The position numbers were made by a program, and so were the translations under genes. Below are positions 18,058 to 27,799 of a DNA stretch of 64,000 bases, one piece after another. The notes under the pieces are model-generated. The model was given only the letters and a program-made list of their open reading frames with translations, was not told where the DNA came from and made no database searches. The first letter of the stretch is position 1, and each line of letters starts with the position of its first letter. The stretch is from Chthonomonadales bacterium (GTDB lineage: Bacteria > Armatimonadota > Chthonomonadetes > Chthonomonadales > CAJBBX01), in NCBI GenBank assembly GCA_035477595.1, contig DATIKM010000046.1, positions 19,171 to 83,170 of the forward strand, in the 5' to 3' direction.

Positions 18058-19350
18058 ATGCGCATGGCAAAGGACAGCTCAGCGCCGGGCAAGTTGGCGA
18101 TCCTTGTGGGCGGCGGACCGGCGCCCGGGATCAATGCCGTCATCGCGGGCGCGGCCCGCGAAGGTCTCCGCAACGGACTCGAGGTCATCGGCTGCCTCGA
18201 CGGGTTCAAGTGGCTCATCGCTGGCGATACGGGCCACACGATCCCGCTGACGTACGAGGTGGTGGACCGCGCGCGGCTACGCGGCGGTTCGATCCTCCGG
18301 ACCTCCCGCGAGAACCCCACGAACAACGTGACGAAGCTGGACAGCGTGATCGCCACGCTGAGGAATCTCGGCGTCACGCACCTGGTCACCATCGGCGGGG
18401 ACGACACCGCGTTCAGCGCGAGCGAGACGGCGCGCCATGCGGGCGCCGCGCTCCGCGTCGCCCACGTGCCCAAGACCATCGACAACGACTTGCCGCTTCC
18501 CGGCAACATGCCCACGTTCGGCTACAACACCGCCCGCGAGGTGGGCGGCGAGCTGGTGCGGAACCTGATGGAGGACGCGCGCACCGCCACGCGATGGTAC
18601 ATCGTGGTGGCGATGGGCCGCAGCGCGGGCCATCTGGCGCTAGGCATCGGGGTGCTCTCGGGTTCCTCGCTCACGATCATCCCGGAAGAGTTTGGCGCCG
18701 AGAAGCCAACGCTGGACGGCGTCTGCTCGGCCATCGAAGGCTCCGTGCTGAAGTCCCGCGCCATGGGCCGCGACTACGGCGTCGCCGTGGTGGCGGAGGG
18801 TGTGGCCGAGAAGATGGTGGACGAGCTGAAGGACCTCCCGATGGTGGAAGTGAAGCGGGACAAGCACGGCCACGTGCGGCTAGCCGAGGTTCCCTTCGGG
18901 CTCATCCTCAAGAAGGAGCTGCAGAAGCGCGCCGAGGCCCGGGGCGACAAGGAGGCCACCTTCGTCGACGTGACGATCGGTTACGAGCTGCGTTGCGCCG
19001 ACCCGATCGCCTTCGACGTGGAGTATGGGCAGCATCTTGGCTGGGGCGCCTCGCGCTACCTTCTCCGGCTGGGCGAGGAGGGCTGGGGAGAGACCGGCGC
19101 CCTCATCTCGGTGCAGTCTGGCGAGATCGTCCCCATACCGTTCCAGGACATCCTCGATCCCCAGACCGGCCGCACCACGGTGCGCCGCGTGAACATGAGC
19201 TCCGACGTGTACCGGAGCGCGAGGTCGGGCATGGTCCGCCTGGAGCGCGAGGACCTGGAGAGCGATAGCCGGTTGGCCCCCATCGCCGCAGCCGCGGGGC
19301 TCCCGCCCGACGAGATGCGCGCCCGGTTCGGTGGGACGCTGGGCCGCTGA
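18058..19350 (+). CDS. pfp: 6-phosphofructokinase, PPi-dependent type by signature residues
   Basis: ILVGGGPAPGINAVI, TIGGDDTAF and VPKTIDNDLP. Asp in GGDD and Lys in PKTIDND are the residues associated with PPi rather than ATP use. ATG at 18058 (MRMAKD); the track ORF extension is rejected. Confidence 0.85.
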   Translation: MRMAKDSSAPGKLAILVGGGPAPGINAVIAGAAREGLRNGLEVIGCLDGFKWLIAGDTGHTIPLTYEVVDRARLRGGSILRTSRENPTNNVTKLDSVIATLRNLGVTHLVTIGGDDTAFSASETARHAGAALRVAHVPKTIDNDLPLPGNMPTFGYNTAREVGGELVRNLMEDARTATRWYIVVAMGRSAGHLALGIGVLSGSSLTIIPEEFGAEKPTLDGVCSAIEGSVLKSRAMGRDYGVAVVAEGVAEKMVDELKDLPMVEVKRDKHGHVRLAEVPFGLILKKELQKRAEARGDKEATFVDVTIGYELRCADPIAFDVEYGQHLGWGASRYLLRLGEEGWGETGALISVQSGEIVPIPFQDILDPQTGRTTVRRVNMSSDVYRSARSGMVRLEREDLESDSRLAPIAAAAGLPPDEMRARFGGTLGR

Positions 19351-19375
19351 CCGCTGCCCCACCCCTAATCCGTGC

Positions 19376-19406
19376 CCGGGGCGCCGGCCTACCGCCGGCG
19401 CCCCGG
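19376..19406 (+). terminator. GC-rich hairpin downstream of the PFK gene
   Basis: Perfect 12-bp stem CCGGGGCGCCGG / CCGGCGCCCCGG with a 7-nt loop, starting 26 nt after the stop. No U-tract. It overlaps the longest-ORF start of the next gene. Confidence 0.45.
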
Positions 19407-19407
19407 C

Positions 19408-20673
19408 ATGTGTAACGCTGCGATGAGCGTCGTCGAGGCCTGGCCCACTCCGCCGCTCAGCCGCCGGATCGCGCTTGCGGCCACGATGTTCCTGGTCAGC
19501 GCGGTGTTCGGCTTCCTCCAGCCGTTCGTTCCCCTCTACCTGCGCGCATCGGGTATGAGCCTGACCGAAGTCGGGCTGGTGAGCTGCGCCGGAGCGGCCC
19601 TTGCCCTCCTGGGACAGCCCCTCCTCGGCCGTCTCTCCGACCGCTGGGACTCGCGCCGACCGCTGATGGTGGTTGCGGCTATCAGCGCGGGGCTCGCATA
19701 TCTGGGCTACCGGGGCGCAGAAGGCGCGCTCGCGTTCACCGCACTGACCTGCATCGGCGTGAACGGCACGCTCTACCTGAACGCGGTGGGCGGAGTCCTA
19801 GTCGGTCGCATGGTGGGTGCGGCGCGCGGCGGGCGGGCGTACGCGGGCTACCGCGTGTGGGGCTCCGTGGGCTATATCGTCGTGGCGCTGCTTGCGGGCG
19901 CGCTGCTCGCGGAGCGCGGGGGCGACCGGCTGGGGCGCGCCGACCTCGACCCCGTTTTTACCTATGGCCCGCTGCTCTTCTTCGTGATCGCGGCGGTCTC
20001 CCTCTTCGTGCCGGACCGCCGCTCCGAAGCGCCGCCGCCGAGTGCGCCCGATGCCGGCGGACGGGCGGCGCTGCCGGAGGCTCTGCGGTGGTTCCTGGCG
20101 GCGTACTTCCTCTACCAGTTCGGCCTCTATGGCGCCTCGGCGTACCTCGGTATCTTCATGAAGGACCTCGGCGCGGGCCCCATGTGGATCACCAAGATGT
20201 TCGCGGCGGGGGTGGTGTGCGAGGTGCTGGTGATGACGCAGGTGGGCCGCTTCGCGGACACCTACGGCCGCCGGCCGGTGCTGGCGCTGGCGTTCGTGCT
20301 CATGCCCCTGCGTCTCCTCTGCTACATACCCGCTCAGTCGCCCGGTTGGGTCGTGGCGGTGCAGACGCTCCACGGGCTCAATTTCGGCATCGTGGGAGCG
20401 CTCGCGGTGGTGCTCGTGAACGATCTGGCAGGGGAGCGAGAGCGCGGGGTCGCGCAGGCGCGCCTCTTCAGCGTGGCAGGGCTGGCGGCTGCGCTCGGAC
20501 CGGCGCTTTGCGGGTGGATCGCGGAGCGGTGGGGCATCGGGGCGATGTTCGCCGCAATGAGCGCCGTGGGCGCCGCAGGCGCAGCCCTGTTCCTGGCGCG
20601 GGTGCCGGAGTCCCTGCCCGGTGCGCGCGCGCTTCCGGGCTGGCGAGCGCTCATGGGCCGACACAGTCGCTGA
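19408..20673 (+). CDS. MFS transporter
   Basis: 12-TM-like hydrophobic pattern with LGRLSDRWDSRRPLM (MFS motif A). The start is set at ATG 19408 (ATG 19423 is an alternative), because 19372-19407 forms the terminator hairpin. Confidence 0.75.
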   Translation: MCNAAMSVVEAWPTPPLSRRIALAATMFLVSAVFGFLQPFVPLYLRASGMSLTEVGLVSCAGAALALLGQPLLGRLSDRWDSRRPLMVVAAISAGLAYLGYRGAEGALAFTALTCIGVNGTLYLNAVGGVLVGRMVGAARGGRAYAGYRVWGSVGYIVVALLAGALLAERGGDRLGRADLDPVFTYGPLLFFVIAAVSLFVPDRRSEAPPPSAPDAGGRAALPEALRWFLAAYFLYQFGLYGASAYLGIFMKDLGAGPMWITKMFAAGVVCEVLVMTQVGRFADTYGRRPVLALAFVLMPLRLLCYIPAQSPGWVVAVQTLHGLNFGIVGALAVVLVNDLAGERERGVAQARLFSVAGLAAALGPALCGWIAERWGIGAMFAAMSAVGAAGAALFLARVPESLPGARALPGWRALMGRHSR

Positions 20674-20767
20674 GGGAACCACCCGTATGGGCGACGCGTA
20701 GAACGGGATCGGCCCGAGCTGCACGCCCCGCGCCCGGCGAGCAGGCGCGGCGCCGAGGGAGAGAGCG

Positions 20768-21142
20768 ATGACACGACCCATCCATTTCGAGCTGATGGTG
20801 GACGATCCGGAGAGTGCCGCGGCGTTCTACGCTGACGTGTTCGGCTGGGACGTGAAGAAGTGGTCTGGCCCCATGGACTACTGGCTGGTCACGACCGGTG
20901 ACGAGGAAACGCCCGGCATCGGCGGCGGCATCGCCCGCTCCGAGCTGCCCGGCACGCCGGCCCGCACAGTGAACATCATCGGAGTGCCGTCCGTCGACGA
21001 CTACGTGGCGAGGGTGACGGCGGCAGGAGGAGTGACTATGCTGCCGAAGATGGTAGTCCCGGGCGTCGGCTGGCTGGCATACTGCATGGACCCGGCCGGG
21101 ATCGTCTTCGGCATGATGCAGGAGGACCCCGCAGCCGGCTAA
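20768..21142 (+). CDS. VOC / glyoxalase-bleomycin resistance family protein
   Basis: 124 aa. IHFELMVDDPESAAAFYADVFGW...GWLAYCMDPAGIVFGMMQ is typical of the family. GGGAGAG SD. Confidence 0.8.
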   Translation: MTRPIHFELMVDDPESAAAFYADVFGWDVKKWSGPMDYWLVTTGDEETPGIGGGIARSELPGTPARTVNIIGVPSVDDYVARVTAAGGVTMLPKMVVPGVGWLAYCMDPAGIVFGMMQEDPAAG

Positions 21143-21172
21143 GCGCTCGACAGACCCCTCCAGCCACTGTCG

Positions 21173-21196
21173 GCGCGGCTCCCGCAGGAGCCGCGC
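21173..21196 (+). terminator. hairpin downstream of VOC gene
   Basis: 10-bp stem GCGCGGCTCC / GGAGCCGCGC with loop CGCA, 31 nt after the stop. Confidence 0.4.
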
Positions 21197-21217
21197 GCCT
21201 TCGTCCGCGCCCTCTTC

Positions 21218-21247
21218 TTGCCAAACGGCGCCCCTCGCGGCTATCAT
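21218..21247 (+). promoter_or_regulatory. sigma70-like promoter (TTGCCA-N18-TATCAT)
   Basis: TTGCCA at 21218-21223 and TATCAT at 21242-21247, 48 nt upstream of ATG 21295. Confidence 0.45.
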
Positions 21248-21294
21248 GGTGCAGGCGGCGCAACCTCCCGCTGCGCCCCGGAGGCGAGGCACGG

Positions 21295-22602
21295 ATGTAC
21301 TGCACCCAGTGCGGGACCAGAAACCCCCAGAACGCCCGATACTGCAAGCAGTGTGGCCGGCCCATCGAGGTCGCGCCCGCCGAGCAGCCGGACGCGTCTT
21401 CCCCGGCGCCGGAAGCCCCCTCGCTCGCCATGCGCGCCCGCCAGCTTCGCGATCGCGCGGAACGCCGGCTCGCCGCTGAGGAGCTGGACGCCGCGCTGGA
21501 CGATGCGCGGGAGGCGGTCGAACTGGCGCCCCTTGAGCTGGATGCTCTTCGCCTTCTGGCCCGCGTGCATGAGCGCCGGGGCGAGATGGGCCTCGCCGTC
21601 GCCGCAGCCGAGCGGGTGTGCGAGCTGGCGCCCGACGGCATGGACGACCGCGACCGGCTCGTTGCCCTTCGGCACGGAGGCCGCAGCCTCCCGCGCCGGT
21701 TGCTCGGCGTGCGCCGGGGCGCCCACGCCGTCCTCTTCGATTCGCGGGGCGGCGCCGCGCTTGCCGCTATGGTCGTCTTCGCCGTCGTGGCCCTGGCCGT
21801 GACCGCTTTGTTGCGTGACCGCGAGGGACGCTCACACGAGCCCATGGTCCCGCCGCCCCCGCCGCCCGCGCTCCCGGCCGCTCTGGCACCTCCCGGCGCC
21901 GTCCCTGCTACGACGCAGCCGCCCGTGGTGGTGAACCCCGGGGTCACGGTTAACCAGCAGGGAGGGGCGCCAGCGCAGGGCGCGGCCGGCTGGTTCAACG
22001 CCCCGCGGCCGCAGTTCGGCCCTAACACCGCGGGGATGACGCCTGTTAACCCGCTGGCGCCCGCGGCGGTCGCCGCTGCGAGGCCAGCCCTGGAGAGCGA
22101 CCCGCGGTTCTTCCCTGAGGCCCACCGCGACCCGCCAGCTGTGCACCTGCCGGACGCCGGAGATGCTCAACCGGCGCCTGGCGGAGGCGCAACTCCTGCG
22201 GGGGGCGCCGCTGCTCCCGCTGGGGGCGGCGAGCCGCGCCCGGACCCTGGGCGCATGGAGATCGTCGTGGCCCCCGGTACGGGACCGCCAGGCCGGTCCG
22301 GAGGCGCGGACGCCGGTCCACGCAACTACCGGCAGATCGGGCAGCAGTTGCAGTTACAGGGCGAGCATCGCCAGGCGATTGCGGCGTACCTGCGTGCGCT
22401 TGAGGGCGCCACCGAGGGTATTGGCGAGATTCACCAGAGGATCGCGCTCTGCCACCAGCATCTCGGTGAGAAGGACGCCGCGGCGCGCCACTTCCGGGAG
22501 GCCATCACCGCCTATCAGGCGCAGATCGCTGCTGGCCGCGACGTGGATGTCGCCAGACAGGGGATCAGGGCCAGCGAGCTCGGCCTGAGGGTGCTCCAGT
22601 GA
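21295..22602 (+). CDS. zinc-ribbon / TPR membrane protein with Pro/Ala-rich linker
   Basis: N-terminal MYCTQCGTRNPQNARYCKQCG (CxxC-N13-CxxC zinc ribbon), a TM segment AALAAMVVFAVVALAVTALL, a long P/A/G-rich region and C-terminal TPR-like repeats. Confidence 0.75.
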   Translation: MYCTQCGTRNPQNARYCKQCGRPIEVAPAEQPDASSPAPEAPSLAMRARQLRDRAERRLAAEELDAALDDAREAVELAPLELDALRLLARVHERRGEMGLAVAAAERVCELAPDGMDDRDRLVALRHGGRSLPRRLLGVRRGAHAVLFDSRGGAALAAMVVFAVVALAVTALLRDREGRSHEPMVPPPPPPALPAALAPPGAVPATTQPPVVVNPGVTVNQQGGAPAQGAAGWFNAPRPQFGPNTAGMTPVNPLAPAAVAAARPALESDPRFFPEAHRDPPAVHLPDAGDAQPAPGGGATPAGGAAAPAGGGEPRPDPGRMEIVVAPGTGPPGRSGGADAGPRNYRQIGQQLQLQGEHRQAIAAYLRALEGATEGIGEIHQRIALCHQHLGEKDAAARHFREAITAYQAQIAAGRDVDVARQGIRASELGLRVLQ

Positions 22603-24359
22603 GGTGGCCCCTCACGCTCGCGCTCGCCGTCCTCGCGTGTCAGGTCACGGCTCCCGCCGAATCCCTACAGCCCCGCGAGCCGGGCGCCGTGGTCCTCGTC
22701 ATCTCGCAGCCGCCGGTCGGGATGGACGAGGGGGTCTTTGTGGACATGACGCCGCACCTCGTACGCGCGCTCGAGGCAACCGGCGCCTACCGCGTCGTGC
22801 CGTTCGCCCCCTCCTCGCCCGCGCTGCGAGCCGCCATCGACGCGGGGAGGCTCACCGCAGCGGACGTCACCGCGCCGGTCTCCGCCGTGGCGGCGCGCAG
22901 GATCGCCCTCGCGGTCGGCGCGACGCAGATTCTGCGTGCAGCCGCCTATCGAACCGCCGCGGGCATCGCCGGTGATGTCGCGCTCGAGTCGCGCGTCGGG
23001 CAGGCGCAGTGGTCGACCGTGTTCACCGCCTCGCAGCCACCCGTCCGCGCGAGGGACCGGCGCACCGAACTGCTCGAGGGCATCTACGGGCAGGTCTCTG
23101 CCATCGTTACGCGCATGACCGGGTCGGCGCCAGCCCTGCCCCCCGAGGTGCAGCCTCCCGTTCGACAGGCGGCGGGCCGAGCGGAGCGCCGCCCTGCGCG
23201 GCGCGATGACCGGCCGGCTCGCGATGCGAGGACGCCAGACGCTGGCCGGCAGAGCGATGGCGGCAGAGCATCCGAGCCCACGCGGCCGGAAGCCAGGCCG
23301 GCCGCCACTGAGGGCTCAGCCGCTCCGCCGCGCGGCGCTGGCCAGCGCCCTGGGGACGGCTCTGTGCCCAGGCCCGCGGACAGCACGCCGCCCGAGCCCT
23401 CGGAGCGCCCCGGTGACGCCCTCCCGACCCCGGCCGTCGCCTCGCAGCAGCCAGCGGCGCGTGAGGTGCTCATCGATCGGTTTCGCCGGCAGGGCGATCT
23501 GGCAAACCTGATCGTCTCGCTGCGACGCGCCATCAACGACCGGCCGCGCGACGCGCGGCTCCGACGCGAGCTCGTGCAGGCATACCGTGAGCGCGGTATG
23601 CCGGCAGCCGCGCGCGACGAGGTAGTGCGCGCCGTGGCGATCGCGCCGGAGGACCCTGTCCTGCGCCGCATGCTGGGCGACGCCCATCTCTACGACGGCA
23701 ATGTCGAAGCGGCGGTGCGGGAGTATCAGGAGGCGGTGCGCCTCCAGCCCGGCGACCCTCTCTCCCACGTCGCTCTCGGCGACGCCTACTGGAACAGCGG
23801 GAGGTCGGAGGAGGCGATGCAGGCGTACGAGGCCGGCGCCCGCGCGGACGCGAGGCATCCCCTGCCCCATCGCCGGCGCGCCCTAGTCCACGCTCGGCGA
23901 AACCAGCTTGCAGAAGCGGCAGCCGCAATGAAGCTCGCCAGGGAGGCCGGCGGCGTCGCAGACGCGGAGGCGTACGCGCGAGACGCCATCGACCTGGCAC
24001 GCATGGCAAGCCAGAACCTTGAGGAGGCGCTCGCCGAGCTGCAGCGTGCGCGGCGCGACTTCGTGGCTGGCAGCGTGACGCGCGAGGCGGCCCACAAGGC
24101 GGTCGTCGACACGCGCATCAGGCTGTCGGCGTGCTCCGACTTCCTCGCCGAACTGCCGGCGCCGGACGGACTGGCCGGCGCGCTCGCCACGATGGCGCAG
24201 GCGGCCGCGCTGGCCGCGCAGTCCGGCGAGAACCTGCTGCTCTTCCTCGAGACGCAGAGCGAGCTGGCGGACCGCGAAAGCACGTTCCTGCGCATGGAGG
24301 CGGCCCGTCAGCTCGCCGACGGCGCCAAACGCCTGCAGCCCGTCCCCGCCCGGCAATGA
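22599..24359 (+). CDS. secreted TPR-repeat protein
   Basis: The GTG start overlaps the upstream TGA (GTGA). Signal peptide RWPLTLALAVLACQVTAPAES, a charged and Pro-rich low-complexity centre, and C-terminal TPR repeats (ALGDAYWNSGRSEEAMQAYE). Confidence 0.7.
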   Translation: MRWPLTLALAVLACQVTAPAESLQPREPGAVVLVISQPPVGMDEGVFVDMTPHLVRALEATGAYRVVPFAPSSPALRAAIDAGRLTAADVTAPVSAVAARRIALAVGATQILRAAAYRTAAGIAGDVALESRVGQAQWSTVFTASQPPVRARDRRTELLEGIYGQVSAIVTRMTGSAPALPPEVQPPVRQAAGRAERRPARRDDRPARDARTPDAGRQSDGGRASEPTRPEARPAATEGSAAPPRGAGQRPGDGSVPRPADSTPPEPSERPGDALPTPAVASQQPAAREVLIDRFRRQGDLANLIVSLRRAINDRPRDARLRRELVQAYRERGMPAAARDEVVRAVAIAPEDPVLRRMLGDAHLYDGNVEAAVREYQEAVRLQPGDPLSHVALGDAYWNSGRSEEAMQAYEAGARADARHPLPHRRRALVHARRNQLAEAAAAMKLAREAGGVADAEAYARDAIDLARMASQNLEEALAELQRARRDFVAGSVTREAAHKAVVDTRIRLSACSDFLAELPAPDGLAGALATMAQAAALAAQSGENLLLFLETQSELADRESTFLRMEAARQLADGAKRLQPVPARQ

Positions 24360-25729
24360 ACGCGGCCCCCGTGCTCGGCCGGTTGGGCGAGGCTGGCGCG
24401 GAGGCTCCCGGTAGCGCCCCGTCCGCCGCCTTTTGCACTCTGGGCTGCAAGGTGAACCAGTACGAAACGCAGCGGCTCGTCGACACCTTCGAGCGGGCGG
24501 GCTTCCGCGTCGTGCCGCCAGGCGCGCGCGCCGACGTCTGCGTGCTCAACTCCTGCTCCGTGACGGCCACCGCCGAGCAGAAGTCGCGGCAGGCGCTGCG
24601 ACGCCTGCTGCGGCGCAGCGAGGGCGCGGCCGTGGTGCTCACGGGCTGCTGGGTGGAGATGGCCCGGCGCACGGGGGCACCGCTCCCCGAGAGCTCGGTG
24701 CTCGTTCCCAACGCGACCAAACTGGAGGCGCTCGACCGCCTGCTGGAGGCGCGACCCGACCTGGCAAGCAGGCTCGCGCGGCGACCGACGGGCGCCTCGT
24801 TGCCTGCGAGCCTGGTGCGCACCCGGGCCGTCCTCAAGGTGCAAGACGGGTGCGACCAGCACTGCGCGTTCTGCTCCATCCCGCTTACGCGGGGCGCGCC
24901 GCGGTCGCGTCCCGCATCCGACGTGCTGGCGGAAGCGCGCGCCGTCGCGACATCGGGCCGTCGCGAGATCGTGGTCACCGGCGTGCTGCTGGGCTCCTAT
25001 GGTCCCGACACCGGCTCGGGAGGGCCGTCGCTGCCGGACCTGCTGCGCGCCCTGGCGGCCATCGAGGGCATCGAGCGCGTCCGCCTCTCGTCGATCGAGC
25101 CTAACCACGCCACGCCCGAACTGCTCGACGCCATCGCCGAAACGCCCACGCTCTGCCGGCACCTCCACCTGCCGCTGCAGAGCGGCTCCTCGCGCGTCCT
25201 TGCCGCGATGGGCCGCCCGTACCGCCGCGAAGCGTTTGTCGCGACGTGTCGCGATGCGCAGCGGCTCGTCCCCGGGCTCGCCATCACCACCGACATCATC
25301 GTGGGCTTCCCCGGCGAGACGCGCAGCGACTTCGCGGAGACGCTGGCGGTAGTCCGCGACGTGGGGTTCGCGCGCTCGCACGTCTTCCGCTACTCCGCGC
25401 GGCCGGGCACGCCCGCCGCGACGACGCCGGATCAAGTCTCTGACGAGGAGAAGGAGGCGCGCGCCCGCGAGCTTTCCGAGGCATGCCGCGCCGAGCAGGA
25501 GCGCTGGCTGCGCGCGCTCGTGGGAACGCGGCAGCAGGTGCTGGCGGAGGGCAAGGAGGCCGGGGGCGGGCTGCTCGCCGGGTACACCTCGTCGTACGTG
25601 CGCGTGACGTTCGCCGGCCCGCGCGCGCTTGTTGGCTCCATGGTGGGTGTGCGGATACTGGGCGCGGGAGTAGATCAGGCGTGGGGGCAGATGGAGGCAG
25701 AGGCTCAGGCGGCCCGGCCGAACCCGTAG
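24356..25729 (+). CDS. mtaB: tRNA methylthiotransferase, MtaB-like radical SAM
   Basis: ATG at 24356 overlaps the upstream TGA (ATGA). Blocks FCTLGCKVNQYETQ, VCVLNSCSVT, and KVQDGCDQHCAFCSIPLTRG (CxxxCxxC). Confidence 0.85.
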   Translation: MNAAPVLGRLGEAGAEAPGSAPSAAFCTLGCKVNQYETQRLVDTFERAGFRVVPPGARADVCVLNSCSVTATAEQKSRQALRRLLRRSEGAAVVLTGCWVEMARRTGAPLPESSVLVPNATKLEALDRLLEARPDLASRLARRPTGASLPASLVRTRAVLKVQDGCDQHCAFCSIPLTRGAPRSRPASDVLAEARAVATSGRREIVVTGVLLGSYGPDTGSGGPSLPDLLRALAAIEGIERVRLSSIEPNHATPELLDAIAETPTLCRHLHLPLQSGSSRVLAAMGRPYRREAFVATCRDAQRLVPGLAITTDIIVGFPGETRSDFAETLAVVRDVGFARSHVFRYSARPGTPAATTPDQVSDEEKEARARELSEACRAEQERWLRALVGTRQQVLAEGKEAGGGLLAGYTSSYVRVTFAGPRALVGSMVGVRILGAGVDQAWGQMEAEAQAARPNP

Positions 25730-26088
25730 TCCGCTGATTGCGTGGCCCGCCGGATCGCGAGGATCGCGTCACCGATGTGCCGCTTCCCCTCGTCCGAGAC
25801 CTTGGCGAACCGCGCGCCGTAGACGTACTGCCCGTCGCTGAGCGCCTCCCGGCGGAGGACGCGCGCCGCGACGGAGATGCGCGCCCTGCCCGGAATCAGG
25901 ATCTCGGCGAAGACGACCCCGCCGGCGCGGATGGGGATGGCGGAGCGGAACCGCATTCCGCTGACGCTGACGTTGTCCGTGGTCCCGAGCGGCCTCCGGG
26001 ACCTGCCATCAATGAGCGTCAGAGGCCATCTGGCGTCCACGCGCACGGCTCGAGCGGTATGGTCCTCGCGACTCCGGCTCGCTGGCAT
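25705..26088 (-). CDS. PilZ domain protein (c-di-GMP receptor type)
   Basis: 127 aa with an N-terminal Arg-rich RxxxR-like stretch (HTARAVRVDAR) and DNVSVSGMRF (D/NxSxxG). The 3' end overlaps the mtaB 3' end by 25 nt (convergent). Confidence 0.7.
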   Translation of the reverse strand: MPASRSREDHTARAVRVDARWPLTLIDGRSRRPLGTTDNVSVSGMRFRSAIPIRAGGVVFAEILIPGRARISVAARVLRREALSDGQYVYGARFAKVSDEGKRHIGDAILAIRRATQSADYGFGRAA

Positions 26089-26201
26089 CGGCGGCTACCT
26101 CGCACAGGGCATGGGATGGCCGCGCGCGTCGGTGCGCCGACCGCGCGCGGTCGAGTACGGCCTGATTATGGTCGCCGGGGCGGCGCCGCTGGAGGGTGCG
26201 G

Positions 26202-27566
26202 CTACTGGCCGATGCGCAGCACCGTGATGCCCGCTCGCTCCAGGCGCGAGACGTCGAGGCAGTTGCGTCCGTCGAGTACCACTGGGGTGCGCATTGCGGC
26301 GGCAACCGCGTCCCAGTCCAGGTCGCGGTACTCGGGCCACTCAGTGGCGACGATGAGCCCATCGGCGCCCGCCGCGGCCCCCACGGCCTCGTCGCAGCAG
26401 GCCACCTCCTCGCTCGCCGGGTCGTGCCGGAACCTCCCGAGGGCTACGGGGTCGTGCACCTGGACATAGGCGCCGCGGTCCAGAAGCATGGGGATCAGGT
26501 CCAGAGCGGGCGACTCACGCGCGTCGTCGGTGCCGGCCTTGAACGTGAGGCCCAGCAGCCCTACCGTGCGGCCGCGCAGGCCTTTGAGCGCATTCTGCAG
26601 GCGGTCTATCGCGTGTTGGCGCTGGCGGCGGTTGACCTCGACGGTGGCCTGAAGCAGGGGCATGGCGTAGTCGTGGTCACATCCCATCGAGATGAGTGCG
26701 CTCGTGTCCTTGGGAAAGCAACTGCCGCCCCAACCGAGGCCCGCCTGCAGGAAGCCGGGCCCGATGCGGGAGTCCAGCCCCATGCCGCGCGCGACCTCCA
26801 CCACGTCGGCACCCAGCCGCTCGCACAGCCCTGCTACTTCGTTGATGAAGCTGATCTTGGTCGCCAGGAACGCGTTCGACGCATACTTGATGAGCTCGGC
26901 GCTCTCGGGCGACGTGACGATGAGGCGCGGGAGGGCGTAGCCCTGGGGGCGGTCCAGCAGGGGTGGCGGGTCGAACGACTGCTCGAGGATCGGCCGGTAG
27001 AGCCTGTGCAGCGCATCCACCGCGTCGTCGGTCTCCGCGCCCACCACGATCCGGTCGGGGTAGAGCATGTCCGCAAGCGCTCGCCCCTCGCGGAGGAATT
27101 CCGGATTCGAGGCGCAGAGCGCCTCGCATGCGACGCCACGCTGCTGCAGCGTGCGCTCCACGACGCTACGCACGCGCCGGTTTGTGCCCACGGGAACGGT
27201 GGACTTCACCACGAGGACTACCCGCTGGCCAGGCCGCAGTGCGGCCGCCACCTCGCCGGCGGCCTCTTCCACGTAGCGCGTGTCGGCCTGGCCGTTGCGG
27301 CGGGGTGGTGTGCCGACAGCGATCATCACCATGTCGGACAGAGGCACCGGCTCGGCGGGGCCGTCGTGAAAGCTGATGCGGGAGCGCACGCTCGGATGGA
27401 CCAGCAGGTCCGACAGCCCGTGCTCGTGGATCGGGCTGCGCCCGGCGCGCAGCAGCTCCAGACGCTCCTGGCTCCTCTCGATGACTGAGACGCGATGCCC
27501 GATATAGGCCAGCGCAGCCCCGCAGTTCACACCAACGTATCCGGCGCCCACGACCGCAATGCGCAT
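26202..27566 (-). CDS. ugd: UDP-glucose/GDP-mannose dehydrogenase family, UDP-glucose 6-dehydrogenase-like
   Basis: MRIAVVGAGYVG Rossmann start at 27566, plus GLGWGGSCFPKD with the catalytic Cys block. Confidence 0.85.
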   Translation of the reverse strand: MRIAVVGAGYVGVNCGAALAYIGHRVSVIERSQERLELLRAGRSPIHEHGLSDLLVHPSVRSRISFHDGPAEPVPLSDMVMIAVGTPPRRNGQADTRYVEEAAGEVAAALRPGQRVVLVVKSTVPVGTNRRVRSVVERTLQQRGVACEALCASNPEFLREGRALADMLYPDRIVVGAETDDAVDALHRLYRPILEQSFDPPPLLDRPQGYALPRLIVTSPESAELIKYASNAFLATKISFINEVAGLCERLGADVVEVARGMGLDSRIGPGFLQAGLGWGGSCFPKDTSALISMGCDHDYAMPLLQATVEVNRRQRQHAIDRLQNALKGLRGRTVGLLGLTFKAGTDDARESPALDLIPMLLDRGAYVQVHDPVALGRFRHDPASEEVACCDEAVGAAAGADGLIVATEWPEYRDLDWDAVAAAMRTPVVLDGRNCLDVSRLERAGITVLRIGQ

Positions 27567-27710
27567 ACAAGCTTCCTCCCACCCGGGCAAGTGCACTATC
27601 TATGCCACGCACGGGGCATCTCAGCAACACCGGTTCATTGCACGGGTCCGCCGCCAACCTCTCGAGCGGGAGCGCGCGCTGCTAACCGATCACGTGGGTG
27701 TCCGCACCGC

Positions 27711-27740
27711 TTGACTCGCCGCGAGAGCGGTCCGTATACT
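27711..27740 (+). promoter_or_regulatory. sigma70-like promoter (TTGACT-N18-TATACT)
   Basis: TTGACT at 27711-27716 and TATACT at 27735-27740, 60 nt upstream of GTG 27800. Confidence 0.55.
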
Positions 27741-27799
27741 CACGCCTGTGCATGGCGTCCGGTGGAGACTGAGGCCGGCGCAGGCGGAAGGGCCGCACG

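Noticed and set aside
19372-19407. Longest-ORF start (GTG 19372) of the MFS transporter
   Set aside because: These codons are the 12-bp terminator-like hairpin that follows the PFK gene. A downstream ATG at 19408 or 19423 is more plausible.
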